A DNA stretch of 63,389 nt, filler included, from Rhabdomonas costata (Eukaryota): the NCBI GenBank assembly GCA_019059605.1. It is 27 parts of 27 records of this genome, joined end to end, with 100 filler letters (N's around TTAATTAATTAA, not from the genome) between each part and the next. Parts side by side here need not be neighbours in the genome. Positions count along the whole stretch, not along the records: positions 37,626 to 39,875 come from JAHMHO010004535.1; positions 39,976 to 42,225 come from JAHMHO010004536.1; positions 42,326 to 44,575 come from JAHMHO010004537.1; positions 44,676 to 46,925 come from JAHMHO010004538.1; positions 47,026 to 49,275 come from JAHMHO010004539.1; positions 49,376 to 51,624 come from JAHMHO010004540.1; positions 51,725 to 53,990 come from JAHMHO010004541.1; 20 more parts are not named here. One strand, 5' to 3'. Shown piece by piece: positions 39,781 to 52,739 of this stretch. How positions within the stretch are numbered: the first letter of the stretch is position 1; each line of letters begins with the position of its first letter. The position numbers and the translations under genes are program-made. The notes below the pieces were generated by a model. That model did no database searches. It saw only the letters and a program-made list of their open reading frames with translations, and was not told the DNA's origin.

Positions 39781-39870
39781 TGCCCAAAAAGTACTGTCAA
39801 GGGCAAGTCAAAAAAGATGAGAACCTCTGCTCAACTTTTTTGACTTGCCCTTGACAGTACTTTTTGGGCA
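39781..39870. repeat. Perfect inverted repeat, 36-bp arms, at contig end
   Basis: 39781-39816 versus 39835-39870, followed by caacc. Confidence 0.95.
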
Positions 39871-39975
39871 CAACCNNNNNNNNNNNNNNNNNNNNNNNNN
39901 NNNNNNNNNNNNNNNNNNNTTAATTAATTAANNNNNNNNNNNNNNNNNNNNNNNNNNNNNNNNNNNNNNNNNNNN

Positions 39976-42207
39976 GGTGTTTGGGAAGGATGCTGTGTCC
40001 GATGAGCGCGTGGCCCGCGTCGTGGTCATGGTCCATCCCCCCGCTGAGCCTCCCGCGCAGCCCCCTCAGCGTCGTCACAGCCCAACCACCTGTCAGGAGA
40101 TGCCCCTGGGCGTCTTTGTCACCGAAGAGGTGGCCAACGTCATATTGGACTTCCGGCACAGAATCAACGATGCTATGGATGTTCTGATGAGCAGCGAAGG
40201 TTGTGTGATCGGCGAAAGAGTTCAAAGGGTTAAAGAGGGGATTACGTGTTCTCTTCTTTCTTGTCTTCTTTTGTGCGGGAATTTGGAAACTGGAATGCGA
40301 GCAGTGAGAAGAGTTTTCGGGGTCTTTCCTCCATGTTTTCTGCTTTTTGTAGTATGCCTTGGAAGGGACAAAGAAGCACTTTCCCAGCTGCATTTCCAGT
40401 TCAAAGATACGGGGGCAGCGATGGCCTGTGTACCTGTGGTAATAGCTGAAGGGATGACTTTTGCAGTGACTTATAACCCTCTTCCACCCGTGCGAGACCT
40501 GAATCCTCATTCAGGGGTCGCACCTGTTGCACTCCCTAATAACCAATAATCTTAGGCCGCGCCGAAGCGACGCAACACATCCAGAACACGTGGGGGACAT
40601 ATAGGCCTTATTGCCCACTGCGAAATATTCTATTGGAAACCCAGAAGCACGTGCATCGCCCTATTCTCAGCAAGCCCCTGATTGAAATTACTCGGGTGTG
40701 GAATGCTCCAAGTCATTCCTTTGGTGTCCACCGCTCTCTCTCTCCAACAATGGCCAGCTTTACACCAAAACAGAAAAAATTGCCATTGAATCAAAAGGTG
40801 TGTGAAACAACAACCGCACCGCAGCACAAAATTATTTTTCTTTTGTTTCTGCTATAAACTTCGAAGCGGTCGTGTGACATGCGAGAAGTGCATTTTCCTC
40901 TCAAAATTCTCTTTCGGTAGATGTCCCTGCAGTTTCGGTTTATTTTGGTGCGAAATGTCGACGCCTGCTGTCCGACTTTGCCTGAGATTTGTTGGATATC
41001 GCTTTGATTGCGGAAGTTTAGCTGCTAACCATGCTTCATTCAAGATTGGGGCAAAACAAGGGTATGGATCTATTGAGATTGGAGGGTAGAGGACAAAAGA
41101 GCAGAAAAGACATGGCCCCATCTCAGTCGGCAGCCGTGGTGTCGTATGAGTCTTTCCTTTTAAAGTACTCCCAATTCCAAACCACTCATAGCTTGGGGGA
41201 AGGTCGAATTATGACTGTCATTAGTCCTTTGGATCTGAGGAAAATGCCAACCATTCAGCGCTCTGGTTAGCTTTGGCTGCTGCGATAACAAGATTACACT
41301 TTGCCCTATTCCAGTTTGAAATGACGAGCTTTTATGACACCAAATTTGAACTTAGGAATGCAGTGGTGCTTGTTGTCGCGAAGAAGAGCTGAGCCTTTGC
41401 CTATTGGCAGGTGGGCGCCGGCTACCTGCGAGAGTGAGTGACTTTTTTGGCTGGTTCAGGTGGGGACCAATGGGGAGGAGCTCTGAACTCAGTGCTGCGG
41501 CTCTCGGAAGGTCTGAGCGAGGCGCAGGTTCATGAGGCCTTGTTGGGCCCACTGCAGCGGTTCAGCAATGAGCTCCGGTCGCGGTTCCTGCACGACCACA
41601 CCTCAGCGGTGCAGCGAGAAATCCTCACGCTACGGCGGGGCGTTCGGTGGCAACAACAGTTCTGCTGCCTCGGCGACCGTAGGGTTGTGCGTTGTGCTTG
41701 TAATCCAGCCCACCCACCAATCCACCTGCCAGGCCACCCACAGCACAGATTCTTTGCGGTGGGGTTTTTTTACTTAGCTCAGAGGGCTTTCCAGTGAGTT
41801 CGTGGAGTGGGGGTGAACGTGGGAGGAGGGGACACTTATGCAGTTGTGAGGAGTCAGCCGAGGAGTTGCTGGGCGGTTGATTTTCTTTCGACTTGCATAG
41901 CCACACGCGATCAACATATTTCCGTTTGTCCTCCAACCCTTCTCTTTACCCGCGCACAGGTATTTTGCAGTGGGCTTCCACTGGCCTTCCGTCGAACTGT
42001 GTTGCGTTGCATTCGTGTATGGGTGGAGCAGGCCCACCTCCGGGGCTGCTTTGAGGTTGCCCAGTCCCTTCTGGCCTCTCATCTGCTCACCTTTCTAGAC
42101 GTCCTGATCGCCCTCTCTGACATAATGTCCCACAGCGTAGCATCCGCCAACGACGGGTCGTCCACCTCTGCCTCACGAGCGCCAACGATGCCAGCAGCAG
42201 CTGGAGG
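39976..42207 (+). CDS. Unknown protein, partial; exons ~39976-40199, 41460-41683, 41960-~42207
   Basis: GC3-rich exons joined in phase by GT-AG introns (...DVLMSSE-G-GDQWGGAL...CLGDRR-VFCSGLPLAFRR...). No family recognised. Confidence 0.65.
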
Positions 42208-42407
42208 TTGTTCCACCCCCCCCACNNNNNNNNNNNNNNNNNNNNNNNNNNNNNNNNNNNNNNNNNNNNTTAATTAATTAANNNNNNNNNNNNNNNNNNN
42301 NNNNNNNNNNNNNNNNNNNNNNNNNGGGGTTGTGGTTCCTTCCCTGATTTTGCTCCTCTCCCCGCTCCCCCCTTGTTATCTCCGCCCTCGTGGGCCCCTC
42401 CTGGCAG

Positions 42408-44189
42408 ATGCGGTGAAGGCCCGAGAACAGTCTGAGGTGGAGCGTTTCCGCCGCCGCCGCGGCCTCACCGTGTTTGGGGCCGACCTGTGCCGCCCCGTGC
42501 AGGCCCTCTCCGAGCTGAGTTGCTTGCCAGAGACCCTCCTGGAAGGGCTGCGGGCGGATCTGCGAGAGCCCGAGCCAGTGCAGTGCCAGGTCTGGCCCAG
42601 CGCGCTGAGTGGCAGGGACGTCGTGGCGATTGGCTGCTCCGGGTATGCCATTCCCTTCCTTTCCCTTCCCTTCTTTGCATTGCTTAAGTGGCACACACTT
42701 GTCAGTGACAGCCCCATGACCGCACAAAACGGCTGTGGGGGCTCACGCTACGGTACCCGACCCAGCCCGGCACCAATTATCCGTGTTGAATTGACTTTGG
42801 AGCTTCCTTTGTTCTTAGTGTTCTTTTGGTTATGGGGGACAGAGAGGACTGAAAGCAGAAAGCACGGAATCGAAAGATGCTTGAAAAACGATGTCCCGCG
42901 CATACAGCGCATGTGTGCTGGCACGGAGATCCCCTTAATCCTGCTATGAGCCGCAGGGCTCCGGCTCACCACACAACAGGACACAACAGGACAGGACAGG
43001 CCTGCGCCGCAGGTCCCAGGCACATACAGCGCGAACATGCCAACATAATACAAACAGAAAACACACCTGGCCATCGGCAAATGTAGCGGCTGCCGAAAAG
43101 ACACACCCACAACCCATGAAAGGATACCTAGCGGCCACCAGGTGCTCCCACATTCTCACCCCAACTTAAAGAACAAAACGAGGAGGAAGCCTTGTCCCAT
43201 CATGGCACTCAACTCCCGATGCTCTGTTTTGGCGGTGCCGTCTGTGCTATACACGCATATTGGGATGGAGAAACATTCGCTCTTTTCACAGGCCTGGTGT
43301 GGTACTGGCGTACACCGTGCCTGCGATCCAGCACATCAACGCGCAGCCCCGGCTGCGGCCTGGGGATGGCCCTGTAGTGCTGGTGCTTTGCCCAACCCGG
43401 GAGAGAGCGGAGTTCGCACAGGAAGTGTTCGTGAGGCTAGGTCAGCCCACAGGGGTCAAGAACACCACCCTCACCGGTGGGATTGCCAAGGGCCCCCAGA
43501 TCCGCAACCTTCAGAAAGGTGTGTCTGCACGCGCGCTGGAACGACTTCCGCCTCTTCGTCTTTTTCTTCTTCTTCTTCTTCTTCTTCTTCTTCTTCTTCT
43601 TCTCTGCCACCTTCATCATCGAGTTCCAATTTACAAGAGACCCTGCTGTGTGAATTTGGGTGCTTGCGACATGGTTGATGGCGCAGCAGGGCAGGTTTTT
43701 CACCAAACCCCAGAAATTGTGAATCAGCTTTTCTAGCAAGTTAAGTTTCAGCGATCTTGGATCTGGGCCTGGGCCCCGCCAATAGAAAGTGGCAGGGAGA
43801 TTGGTTGCGCAGTTACGTGGTTGGTGCTGTTGAAAAACGATCCGCTCTCAACGGGCGTAATCCTTAGTGGATGTCAGAGGCAGGGTGCCGTTAGAATTCC
43901 CGGCAAGGCAAAGGCGATCTCTGATGGGCGCTGTGGCTCAGGAGTGGAGACGGTGATCGCGACCCCAGGCCGCCTCACGGAGCTGCTGGCTAGCGGGTGC
44001 ACTAGCCTGTTGCGGGTCACCTTGCTGGTGATCGACGAGGCGGAGCAGATGCAGCCCCTGGGGTACTCCGAGCACCTGCGGCAGCTGCTGCGGTGCACCC
44101 GGCCTGACCGCCAGACCCTGGTCTTCGCCGGAATGCTAACGCCATATGTGCAGGAGCTCTGCGGGCTGTGCTGCAGCAACCTGGTGCAG
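42408..44189 (+). CDS. DDX5/DDX17/Dbp2-like DEAD-box protein with degenerate catalytic motifs, RecA1 domain; exons 42408-42642, 43292-43518, 43942-44189
   Basis: Dbp2 signatures QCQVWP.ALSGRDVVAI, HINAQPRLRPGDGPVVLVLCPTRE, GGIAKGPQIRNLQKGVETVIATPGRL, RVTLLVIDEAE, RPDRQTL. GT-AG introns in phase. Confidence 0.92.
43566..43602. repeat. (CTT)n microsatellite inside an intron
   Basis: Directly visible; explains the poly-S, poly-L and poly-K ORFs. Confidence 0.95.
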
Positions 44190-44689
44190 GTCTGCTTCTG
44201 AGTGTGAATGTGTGAGTGTGGTTTTTTCATGGGTATGGATGCTTAGATTGGTAACCATCACGACAAAAGCTCAGCAAATGGAAGTCGCTCGGGGCATCTG
44301 TCCCAACAGGAGAGAGCCGCAACGGGGAATGGAGGAAGGAAGGTAACCTCAGATAATCTGAGGAGCACTCAATTTGCTCAGGATTTTTCTTTTAATTCGG
44401 TATTTGGGAATCGTTTGATGTCGATAATTTTTTATTTAGGTCCACATGCAAACGGTATACAGCAGACAACACGTATGGAACAAGAAAGAGATGAGAAGGC
44501 GGAAGGTACGCAAACGGTTAGAGAGCTCAAACGGCGGGAAAGCATACTCCTGGAAGGTGTAAGGGTTAGAAACAANNNNNNNNNNNNNNNNNNNNNNNNN
44601 NNNNNNNNNNNNNNNNNNNTTAATTAATTAANNNNNNNNNNNNNNNNNNNNNNNNNNNNNNNNNNNNNNNNNNNNGGTGGGTGTTCATT

Positions 44690-44830
44690 TTTAGGGTGTT
44701 AGGGTAGGGGTAGGGATTGGGCGTAGGGGGATGAGAGTTGGGCTGTAAGGGTCGGTGATCAGGATTAGAGTTCTTAGGGTTGGCGCTCAGAGCTCGGAGA
44801 GGAGAGTTACCGTGCTAGGGTCGGGGTTCA
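44690..44830 (+). repeat. Degenerate TTAGGG-like repeats
   Basis: tttagggtgttagggtaggggtagggatt...gtaagggt...cttagggtt...gctagggtcggggtt. Confidence 0.55.
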
Positions 44831-47270
44831 GCATTGACAGGTGAGCGTTGGGGCTTCGGGGTTGAGGCTGAGCTTTGAGAGATCAGGGAGATGGAGAAAG
44901 GTGTTTGATTTGGGGCTTAGCGTGGTGAGCTGAGCGTTGGGCCGAAACATACATGTCCCAAGCATAGGGACCTCACCTCGCAGAATGCCATACTTCACCT
45001 TCCTGGTGCCCACCAATTCCCTTGGTGCACTCAGAGAACCCCCACCGCTGTTCGTTTCCCATGGAATACGCACAAAAAGCAGACACGCCGTGCCTGAAGA
45101 CGCTGCGTTGCTTCCTTCAGGGGGGGGCTCCAGCTGAACCCGAGCAGCCTCATCCTCACAGGACGGCAGCTCCGCCAAGATCACCCACATGCACAAACTG
45201 AGCTGGGTGTGAAGGGCAAACACTGGTGCGGATACTCTATGGCATCAAACGTTGGTCTCTCTTACGCTCAAAGGGGAAGGCAACTCTGGCTCCACACGAA
45301 CCCGGACTTCCCCCTTGAAACGTAAACGTCGGGACCAGCAAGTGCCTGGTTGGTAAGTTGACCAAGCTTTCCAGCAGTCAAGAAACTTGAGGTGGTGCTG
45401 AGAAAGGTGATACACAAAAGTACAAGTGTAAATAAAAAGTCTCACTTTTGAGGTGACGCGCGTCAAAAAATGGGACACAAAGGGCAAAAGAAGTATCCGT
45501 ACTGAGGCACTGGATCGGAATCTGATTGTGCACTCGGAGGGTGAGAACTACGCTTGCTTCCCCACCACACAGACTTCAAAAATTCTTCTAAAGGATTCTC
45601 AAAGCCATCAAATCATCGGCTTGGACCCAGTTTCCCAATTACAAACCAAATCCACCACTTTTGAATAAAAACCGGAAACAACAACAAAAACGTAGGGCAT
45701 GCCCGCACAAGTCGGGTGCCAATGCGGTGGTTTAACCACTAAGGACAGAATCCAGGGTCTCTGCAAAAGCAGAGCACTGGGAGTGATTCTCGGTCCCTAA
45801 AGACGGAAGCCGAAGGAGAGCTGGGGTTCATTGTGTTTCCAAGGGACCTCCTGAAAGGCTGCGGGGCTGGTCTCTACACCCTGGGCCCTTGGCCGGAAGG
45901 TGCCCCATGACCTATCCGTAGTTGCGACGCTTCTTGTTCTGACAAAGCGGACGGTTTCTTGACGCGACGTTTCTTGACACCCATACCATGAAATTAAGTG
46001 ATTCCCTTCACGAAATATGTGAAACCAAATAGCCCCAACAAGGGTCAGGCCCGAGCCAAAACTTAAGCCACCTCACCATAACTGCCTCCCCATTGGGGCA
46101 CAGACTCAAGTTCCGGCCCCTTCCCAAGTCGAAACCTACCCAGAACATTCCCATGGCGGTCGTCCTTCTCTCTCAAATCAAGCAGCGGGTCGAAATAGCA
46201 CAGCAGCAGTCTGTAAATTGACAAAATGAAAAGAAAGGAGGACCCACTCAACAGTTTACTCCTTCACCCTACTTTCCCCCCAAAAACCAACCTCCGTGAG
46301 GCATCAGTAAAAACGATCCGCCAAAAGGGGCACGCCGGCTGAAGAAAAGGATTCCCTTTCAGTTTTTAGGGAGGATTTTCAACATAAAAGGACCCCAGGT
46401 GTGCTGTGGCTTTCCCTCGCAATGGCGAAGCGAGGATTACCGTTAGGCCCCCCACAAAGCAGCACCACGACCACTGCAAACACGGCAAGGCCCCATCCTC
46501 CTTTTAACCTTCGTGGCCATTCTAACATCGTCATACCTCCCTGTTTTCTCGGGTTCCGCACTGACCACTGGCTGGCCAATTTACTTTTGCTATGATTTTG
46601 TTTTTGAAAAGGCAAGTATGCAAGTTGCTGCCGAAAGGGATATATGTTGAAGCTGTTCGAAAGGGACTCATTTTCGGTTTATCGGTTTGCTGTTCCCTTT
46701 TGGGTGGTTGGTGACGGTCGTGCATTGTGTACGTGATTCGTGGGGATTTTCTTGAGCGAGCAGGGATGTCCTTCCGCTTCTTGCTCTTCTTAGGTTTGTG
46801 GCCCGACTGCTGTGTATTCTGCTGGGCTTGCACTCAGCATTAGCCGCCGAGGGTGACAACATTCCTCTTGGCGCTTCAGTGATGGTACGGATTAGCGCTT
46901 GTGTCCCATCTCTCTATTGGGTTAANNNNNNNNNNNNNNNNNNNNNNNNNNNNNNNNNNNNNNNNNNNNTTAATTAATTAANNNNNNNNNNNNNNNNNNN
47001 NNNNNNNNNNNNNNNNNNNNNNNNNTTGTTGTTGGCGCCCCCTTTCAGCCCATTTTCACAGGTGCCCGCTGAAGTTGGGCGTGTCCTCCAGGTTGGGTTT
47101 TGGTTTTGAGGGGTATAGCTGTCAAGGCTGGGTTATCTCGTTAAAAGATTGGTCTCAGTTGCGAGCACAACCTTCCTCCCTCAGCGTGCCTGCTATCCGT
47201 TGTCCGTGTGGTTTTTTTTTAGCCCTGCGTGTGTTTACAGGAGCTGCCGGCGCTTTTTGTATTGATTTAG

Positions 47271-48081
47271 GTCTACCCCGCAATCGCGCACTCCCGCGGC
47301 ACGGCCGGCCTGGACGGAGAGACCATTGTAGTGCACTGGAACGCCGCCCGTGTGTGCACCTCGGCTCGGATGCAGGCCCTTGCTGCGTTTTTTCCTCTGC
47401 CCCCCCCCTCCCACCCGCTTCTTTTGCTCATGCCTTTCTGCCACGTCAGTACTGTCATGATAACTGAAGGCTAATGGCTGAGAATACACCTTTTTCTCTC
47501 GCTTCGTCGTGGTTCAGCGCAGACAGGAAAGGGGACAATTCTGGTGCTTCTTCCTGCTTTGGGGCATTGACTTTGGCTGTGTCTCTTATAAAATGAACCG
47601 ACGAGCATTTTTGGATGGGATGAGCCATTCTGTGCCAGGCTGTTCGATTGTCTGAGTAAGGACATGAAGCAGTCTCTGTGACTGATGGGGTTGACCGGGT
47701 CCAACTTAGAAATTTTCTGAAAATTTTCGAGTAAGAATTGGTTTTGGTGAAGCGGGAGTCAACCCCCCTTGCCCTGCTCCGCTCTGCTGTGAGTTATCCG
47801 TCAGTGTATGCGTGAGGTGAAGCCTTTTTCGCCGGCCTGATACACCGTTGGCGTGGGGCGGATGCTGTACATGTGATGCAGACAAAAATGCTGAGATAAT
47901 CCATGTATCATGCCAAAGTGTGACTCTATCTACCCTTGCCTACCCTTTGCGGCAGGCTTGTGAGTTGGCCGTGAAGCTTCTGGAGGGCTGCAGGGGCACC
48001 CCGTTCACGCTGAGCATGGGCATCGCGTTTGGGCCGGGCACGTACACCTCGCTGGGCTGCGATGCCCTCTCCGTGCTGACG
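47271..48081 (+). CDS. Class III adenylate/guanylate cyclase-like domain, partial and degenerate; exons 47271-47375, 47956-48081
   Basis: Spliced VYPAIAHSRGTAGLDGETIVVHWNAARVCTSARMQ-ACELAVKLLEGCRGTPFTLSMGIAFGPGTYTSLGCDALSVLT parallels G...KFIGDAIMAFWNA.....H...AC..AL......LRIGI..G....G..G.....T. Confidence 0.72.
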
Positions 48082-51000
48082 GTGTCTTTGATGCGAGAGG
48101 GTTGGTTATTGCTAATTATGGTTGGATGGTGGCCTTGGTGCCTTGGTGACTGTGGAGCTGTGTTTGTGTGTGTATGTGTGTGTGCCCGAGACCGTCGTTC
48201 TCTTCCCAGCTTCTCATCCCTCCTCCCTCTCTCTCCGCACATACTCCCCTTCGCTCCTATTTCTCCCGCAAAACGCAGTCCCCGCCAGCCAAGTTCGAGG
48301 GTTCTTGTTCCATTCGCAGTGGTCAGTCATGGTCGAATCGTATCGTCCGCCTGCTTTCCCGCTGGTGTTTCCCACCTTGGGCGGGCAGTGCATTCTGCTC
48401 GGTGTGGTGTTCCTGTCCGTTTCCCTATGTGGGTGCCTCCTCCGCGTTGGCATGCACGGTGCGGTGTATGATGGGGCAATGCCCTCTTTCAGAGCGACAT
48501 ATATCATGATTGGCACTTCTTATTGCCAACGGGGGAGAGAAGTTTACCGGGGGGGGGGATACCCCAGAAACCAAACCGAACGTACAGGTTTCCGAACCCC
48601 CCCCTCCCCCAAGCCGAGGTAGAGCGCGTGCGGTGCAGTGGTCATGAGGTAATATGCCATCCGGGAGTTACGAGTGCGTCGTTTTTGAATAAATACTGCC
48701 CGATCCGCTCTGGTTTTTTTCACTCCTCCTTAGGGGCTGATCTCTTGTTTTGGGAACTTTTGGGTCGGTATGAATTCTTAAATACGGCCAGGTATGGCCG
48801 GGATTAAATGCGCTGCATGAGCCCAAGAGTACACAAGAGTGTTTCGATAAGTAGCTGCCCCAGCATGGGCGAAACCTTTGCATTCCGTTGACACAGATTT
48901 TAATTTGGAGCAGGTTTAACCGAAATGGCGCAAAGGAACCTTGCTATTTTACATATGATCCAACTACTCCAAAAAAAATTGTTCACGGACAGCATTTCTC
49001 TTCCCGGACTTACAATTGCACCCAACGCGCACCTTCGCCCCTAAACTAATGGCTACCCACTCGTCCGCCCATACCCCCGCCATAGACGAGTCCTCTGCCA
49101 CCAGTAGTTTTAACGTGCTTAGCAAGAACACTCTTCTAGGGAGTACTGACAAACTTTCCTCATTCCCCTTAAACTAATATTAAGTTATTTTGAGGGCACT
49201 ATGCGGTAACTTTGACAGCTCTTGTTGCTCGTTGCAACGGTTGGCACCTCCGTCGCCCTTCCTACCACCCACACCNNNNNNNNNNNNNNNNNNNNNNNNN
49301 NNNNNNNNNNNNNNNNNNNTTAATTAATTAANNNNNNNNNNNNNNNNNNNNNNNNNNNNNNNNNNNNNNNNNNNNTTCTTCGGTGCTCTTGATCTTCTGT
49401 AGTCGGGATGAGTGGGATTTACACGTGTCTTGAGGTTCGGCCTTGGCTTTCTTCCTTCTGCCTTCTGCATTCAGGGGTTTGACTTCAGGTAGCGGTGCCT
49501 GTCGTCATTGAGTTCTGGATTCGGGGAAAGTGCAGTGTGGTGCCGCGGTTCGGCCCGTGCCCTTTTGGACAACTTTCGGCTGGGGAGTTATTCGGTGATC
49601 CACCCACTGTTTGCGGCTTTTGGCACTTCTCCTTCGGAGGCTCCATCAGCTTTGCGTTGGCGGCTGCCTTTGGAACCATCGTACGGCCTTTTGCTGTGTG
49701 CGGTGGAAGCTGTTTCTGGACTGTGCAGCCGTAGCGTGGAGACTTTTGCGTGGGGGCGGCAGGTGCCTTCTCAGGTCACGTTTTGACCCGTGATCTTTTT
49801 ACTCTTTGTGCTGCGTAAGCGGTGAGGTTACACAGCCAGCGTTGGTAACTCCTGCGTCCCTCTTGAGCGGCGCGATTGGAAAGGGGATGGTACATTCGTT
49901 AAGCTACAAAAGGTCGTTTCGTACTTGGTATGAATTAACATCAAAAATGAAGTTTTGCATTTTCTGAAGCGCTGTTGCGTCTCGCAAGCCAAGGCGCAGC
50001 AACACGTAGCCGGTTCTCTCTTCGCCACCAGTTGTATATGAAAATACCGCGCTGGAAAGGCCTTGGACGCAATGTCCTACCCTGCCAAAGTCAAGGCAGC
50101 TTGTCCAAGAGGTTCAGTTGAGAAGAAAGACACCCGGAGGCTGGCGCGAGAAAAACACCAGGAAAAACGACAAGTAATGACAAGGAAGGCCTCAAGGGGG
50201 ACGCCAAGCCGAAGACTGGGCGCAATATCAGCGGAAAACGCAGTAACAAAGCAGAATGTGCTGGATGGGTGGGGTAAGAGAAGTAAGTCGGAATACCGCC
50301 TCTTCGTGTCTGGGTGCGTGTGTGGGCTGGTGTGCCTCTGCGGGCGCGTGAAGAAACCTGCACGGCAGAGCCTAAAGAATGCAATCCGCTTCCGCAAGGC
50401 GCCGCCCTTTGGTGTCAAGGCGGCCCTCCACGATGAGGTGTTTGCCACCGCCGCGCTCTGCTGCCCGGCGCCATGATGCTTCTATTACGTGGCTCCGCCT
50501 TCCAAAAGTAACTATATCCGGGCAAGTTGGCCCTTGCGTTTATCCCTGGTAGCTCTGGTGGTTCTTTCGGCTGGCTCCGCCTTTTCGAAACGTTGGAGTG
50601 AGGCTTTTTGTTTTTGCCAAGCCACATTTGTGAAAATCTGACCGTGTCTGTCGGGTTACGTCGGGTTTTCGTATGGCTACTTGAATGCGTTCGGCTAGGA
50701 TGGTCCCGCCGTTTATGTGCTTCCACAAACTGAAGGACCCCAAAAGAAAGCCGCGGAACAGGCGGGCGACATCCCACACATCCCTACCTTATGTTTTTCT
50801 TTTTCACCATCCACCCATCATCCCATCATCCCATCGTCCCATCCGCTGTTGAACCGTGTCTGCTGTTCCGGCCCCCGGTTCCGCTGTAGTTCTTCCTCGG
50901 ATCATTTTCTGGCTTTTTAATTCTCGGAGTTCTTGGTTTTGGACAAGGACCTTTCAATCATTCCCAAAAGCGCAAGCTCATTACCCAAAATTTAACCATC

Positions 51001-51902
51001 CTTAACCATCCAGGCTGAATGTGAGAATTCTTTCAAATTGATTTTCCAGGAAATATGTCGGCGGGATGTGTTTAGAAAAAATAGTGATAATTGTTGTTGG
51101 CGCAGGTGTAACAGCCGAACTCTCCGGATGACTCCCATATCACTTTGCAGATCAAAGACCTCGCCGGCGTCACTTGACCTCACTTTCTTGCACCGCAGTC
51201 ATTACTCTGCTTCCAAATATCGACTCGTCTACCCACACCGAAAATTTGAAACGTCCCCTGCGAGTGCAATGCCTCCTCCATGCCTTCAAACATCCTCTTT
51301 TTCATCATCATTTGTCGCTCTGGCGCCACCCTCCGTTGGATCTTCTTCCTACAACCCGAAGACCACGCCCTTTCCATCCAGGTTGCTTCTGTTATTGGCC
51401 CACTGGTTGCAATGTCTGCTGGTTACAAGATCCACGTCTCGGAACACGACGCCTTAATTCCGTCGCGTCTCATTCCATTGTCCAAGGCCGCAGCAATCGC
51501 CTAATGTGCACCGAGGTAGTGAAAATTTTAAGCTTACTAAACGCAGAGAATGTAGCAAGTGAAGTGGATCCATGATCTTTGGCAAGTTGTATTGCATAAG
51601 TCATCATCTTTATCACCCAAAACANNNNNNNNNNNNNNNNNNNNNNNNNNNNNNNNNNNNNNNNNNNNTTAATTAATTAANNNNNNNNNNNNNNNNNNNN
51701 NNNNNNNNNNNNNNNNNNNNNNNNTGGATCGGGGGTCACATGGGGTAAACCAACCCTATGTGACAAGACAGCGGGACAAGGTACCATGGGCGGACAAGGG
51801 TGTGAGGCCCGATGGGCCCATGCCCCATCGAAAGGTGGGAGCCCAGGGGGGGAAGTGGACCTCGAGTCCTCCCCAGAAAAAACTCATCCTTGCCAAGTGC
51901 AC

Positions 51903-51905
<3 letters not shown>

Positions 51906-51942
<37 letters not shown>

Positions 51943-51943
51943 C
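51906..51943. repeat. (GT)n(GC)n microsatellite; similar (CA)n tracts at ~10459-10484 and ~12601-12621
   Basis: Directly visible. Confidence 0.95.
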
Positions 51944-52739
51944 GTCCGTGAGAGTCGGGATTCCCCCCTCCCCTGACAGTCCGAATTCTGATTTGTCCGA
52001 ATTTTGATTTATTTGGTTTAGGATCAGTCGCATAACCCGCTACCGCTGCTGAAACCCTCTACTGCAACGGAAACCCATGATATACTTGTTATGAAAAAGC
52101 CTGGGCGCCACCTAACCCCCTGAAATAGCCTCTATTGGAATCCCAGGGGATGGATGCATCGCCCTCTAACCCCCTGCAAGTCTTCTACGACAACCGGGGG
52201 TTCAGGGTTAGTAAAAATGTCTTCTTTTGTGAGCCATGTCAGCCTAGTTGTTTCTTGTGCACTGGGAGCTCCTAAGTTCCGGTGACCCTTTCTGGCGTAT
52301 GCCGATGTTTTCCCGGTGTGTCAGTGACATTAGATGTAGTTTTTCGCTTCTCACTTTTGACATGGCTTGGGACATTCCATGGGGCACACAACATGCACGT
52401 CGACTCAACGGACCTGTAAAGCCATTCTTGGACGTCCGGTCCAATCCTCCCGCCCATCCGTGTATATATCCATGCACATATGCCACCCCATGGGAGCTCT
52501 CTCCCTCGAATCGTACCTTCCTGGCTTATTCCTGACTGCACACGCGTTGTGAGCCGTCCTGGATTCCGCAATTACCTGCCCTGTACCCTCACTGAAGAGT
52601 CCACAACTCCTTAATGGCATCGCCCCGATTCGCTTCGCTTCGCTTCGCATCGCACGCATCGCTCGCCTTAGCTTCGCTGCGTTCCGCTCCCACTGCATAT
52701 CACACATAACCGTTCCCCATATTTCCAACTCAAATAAAA

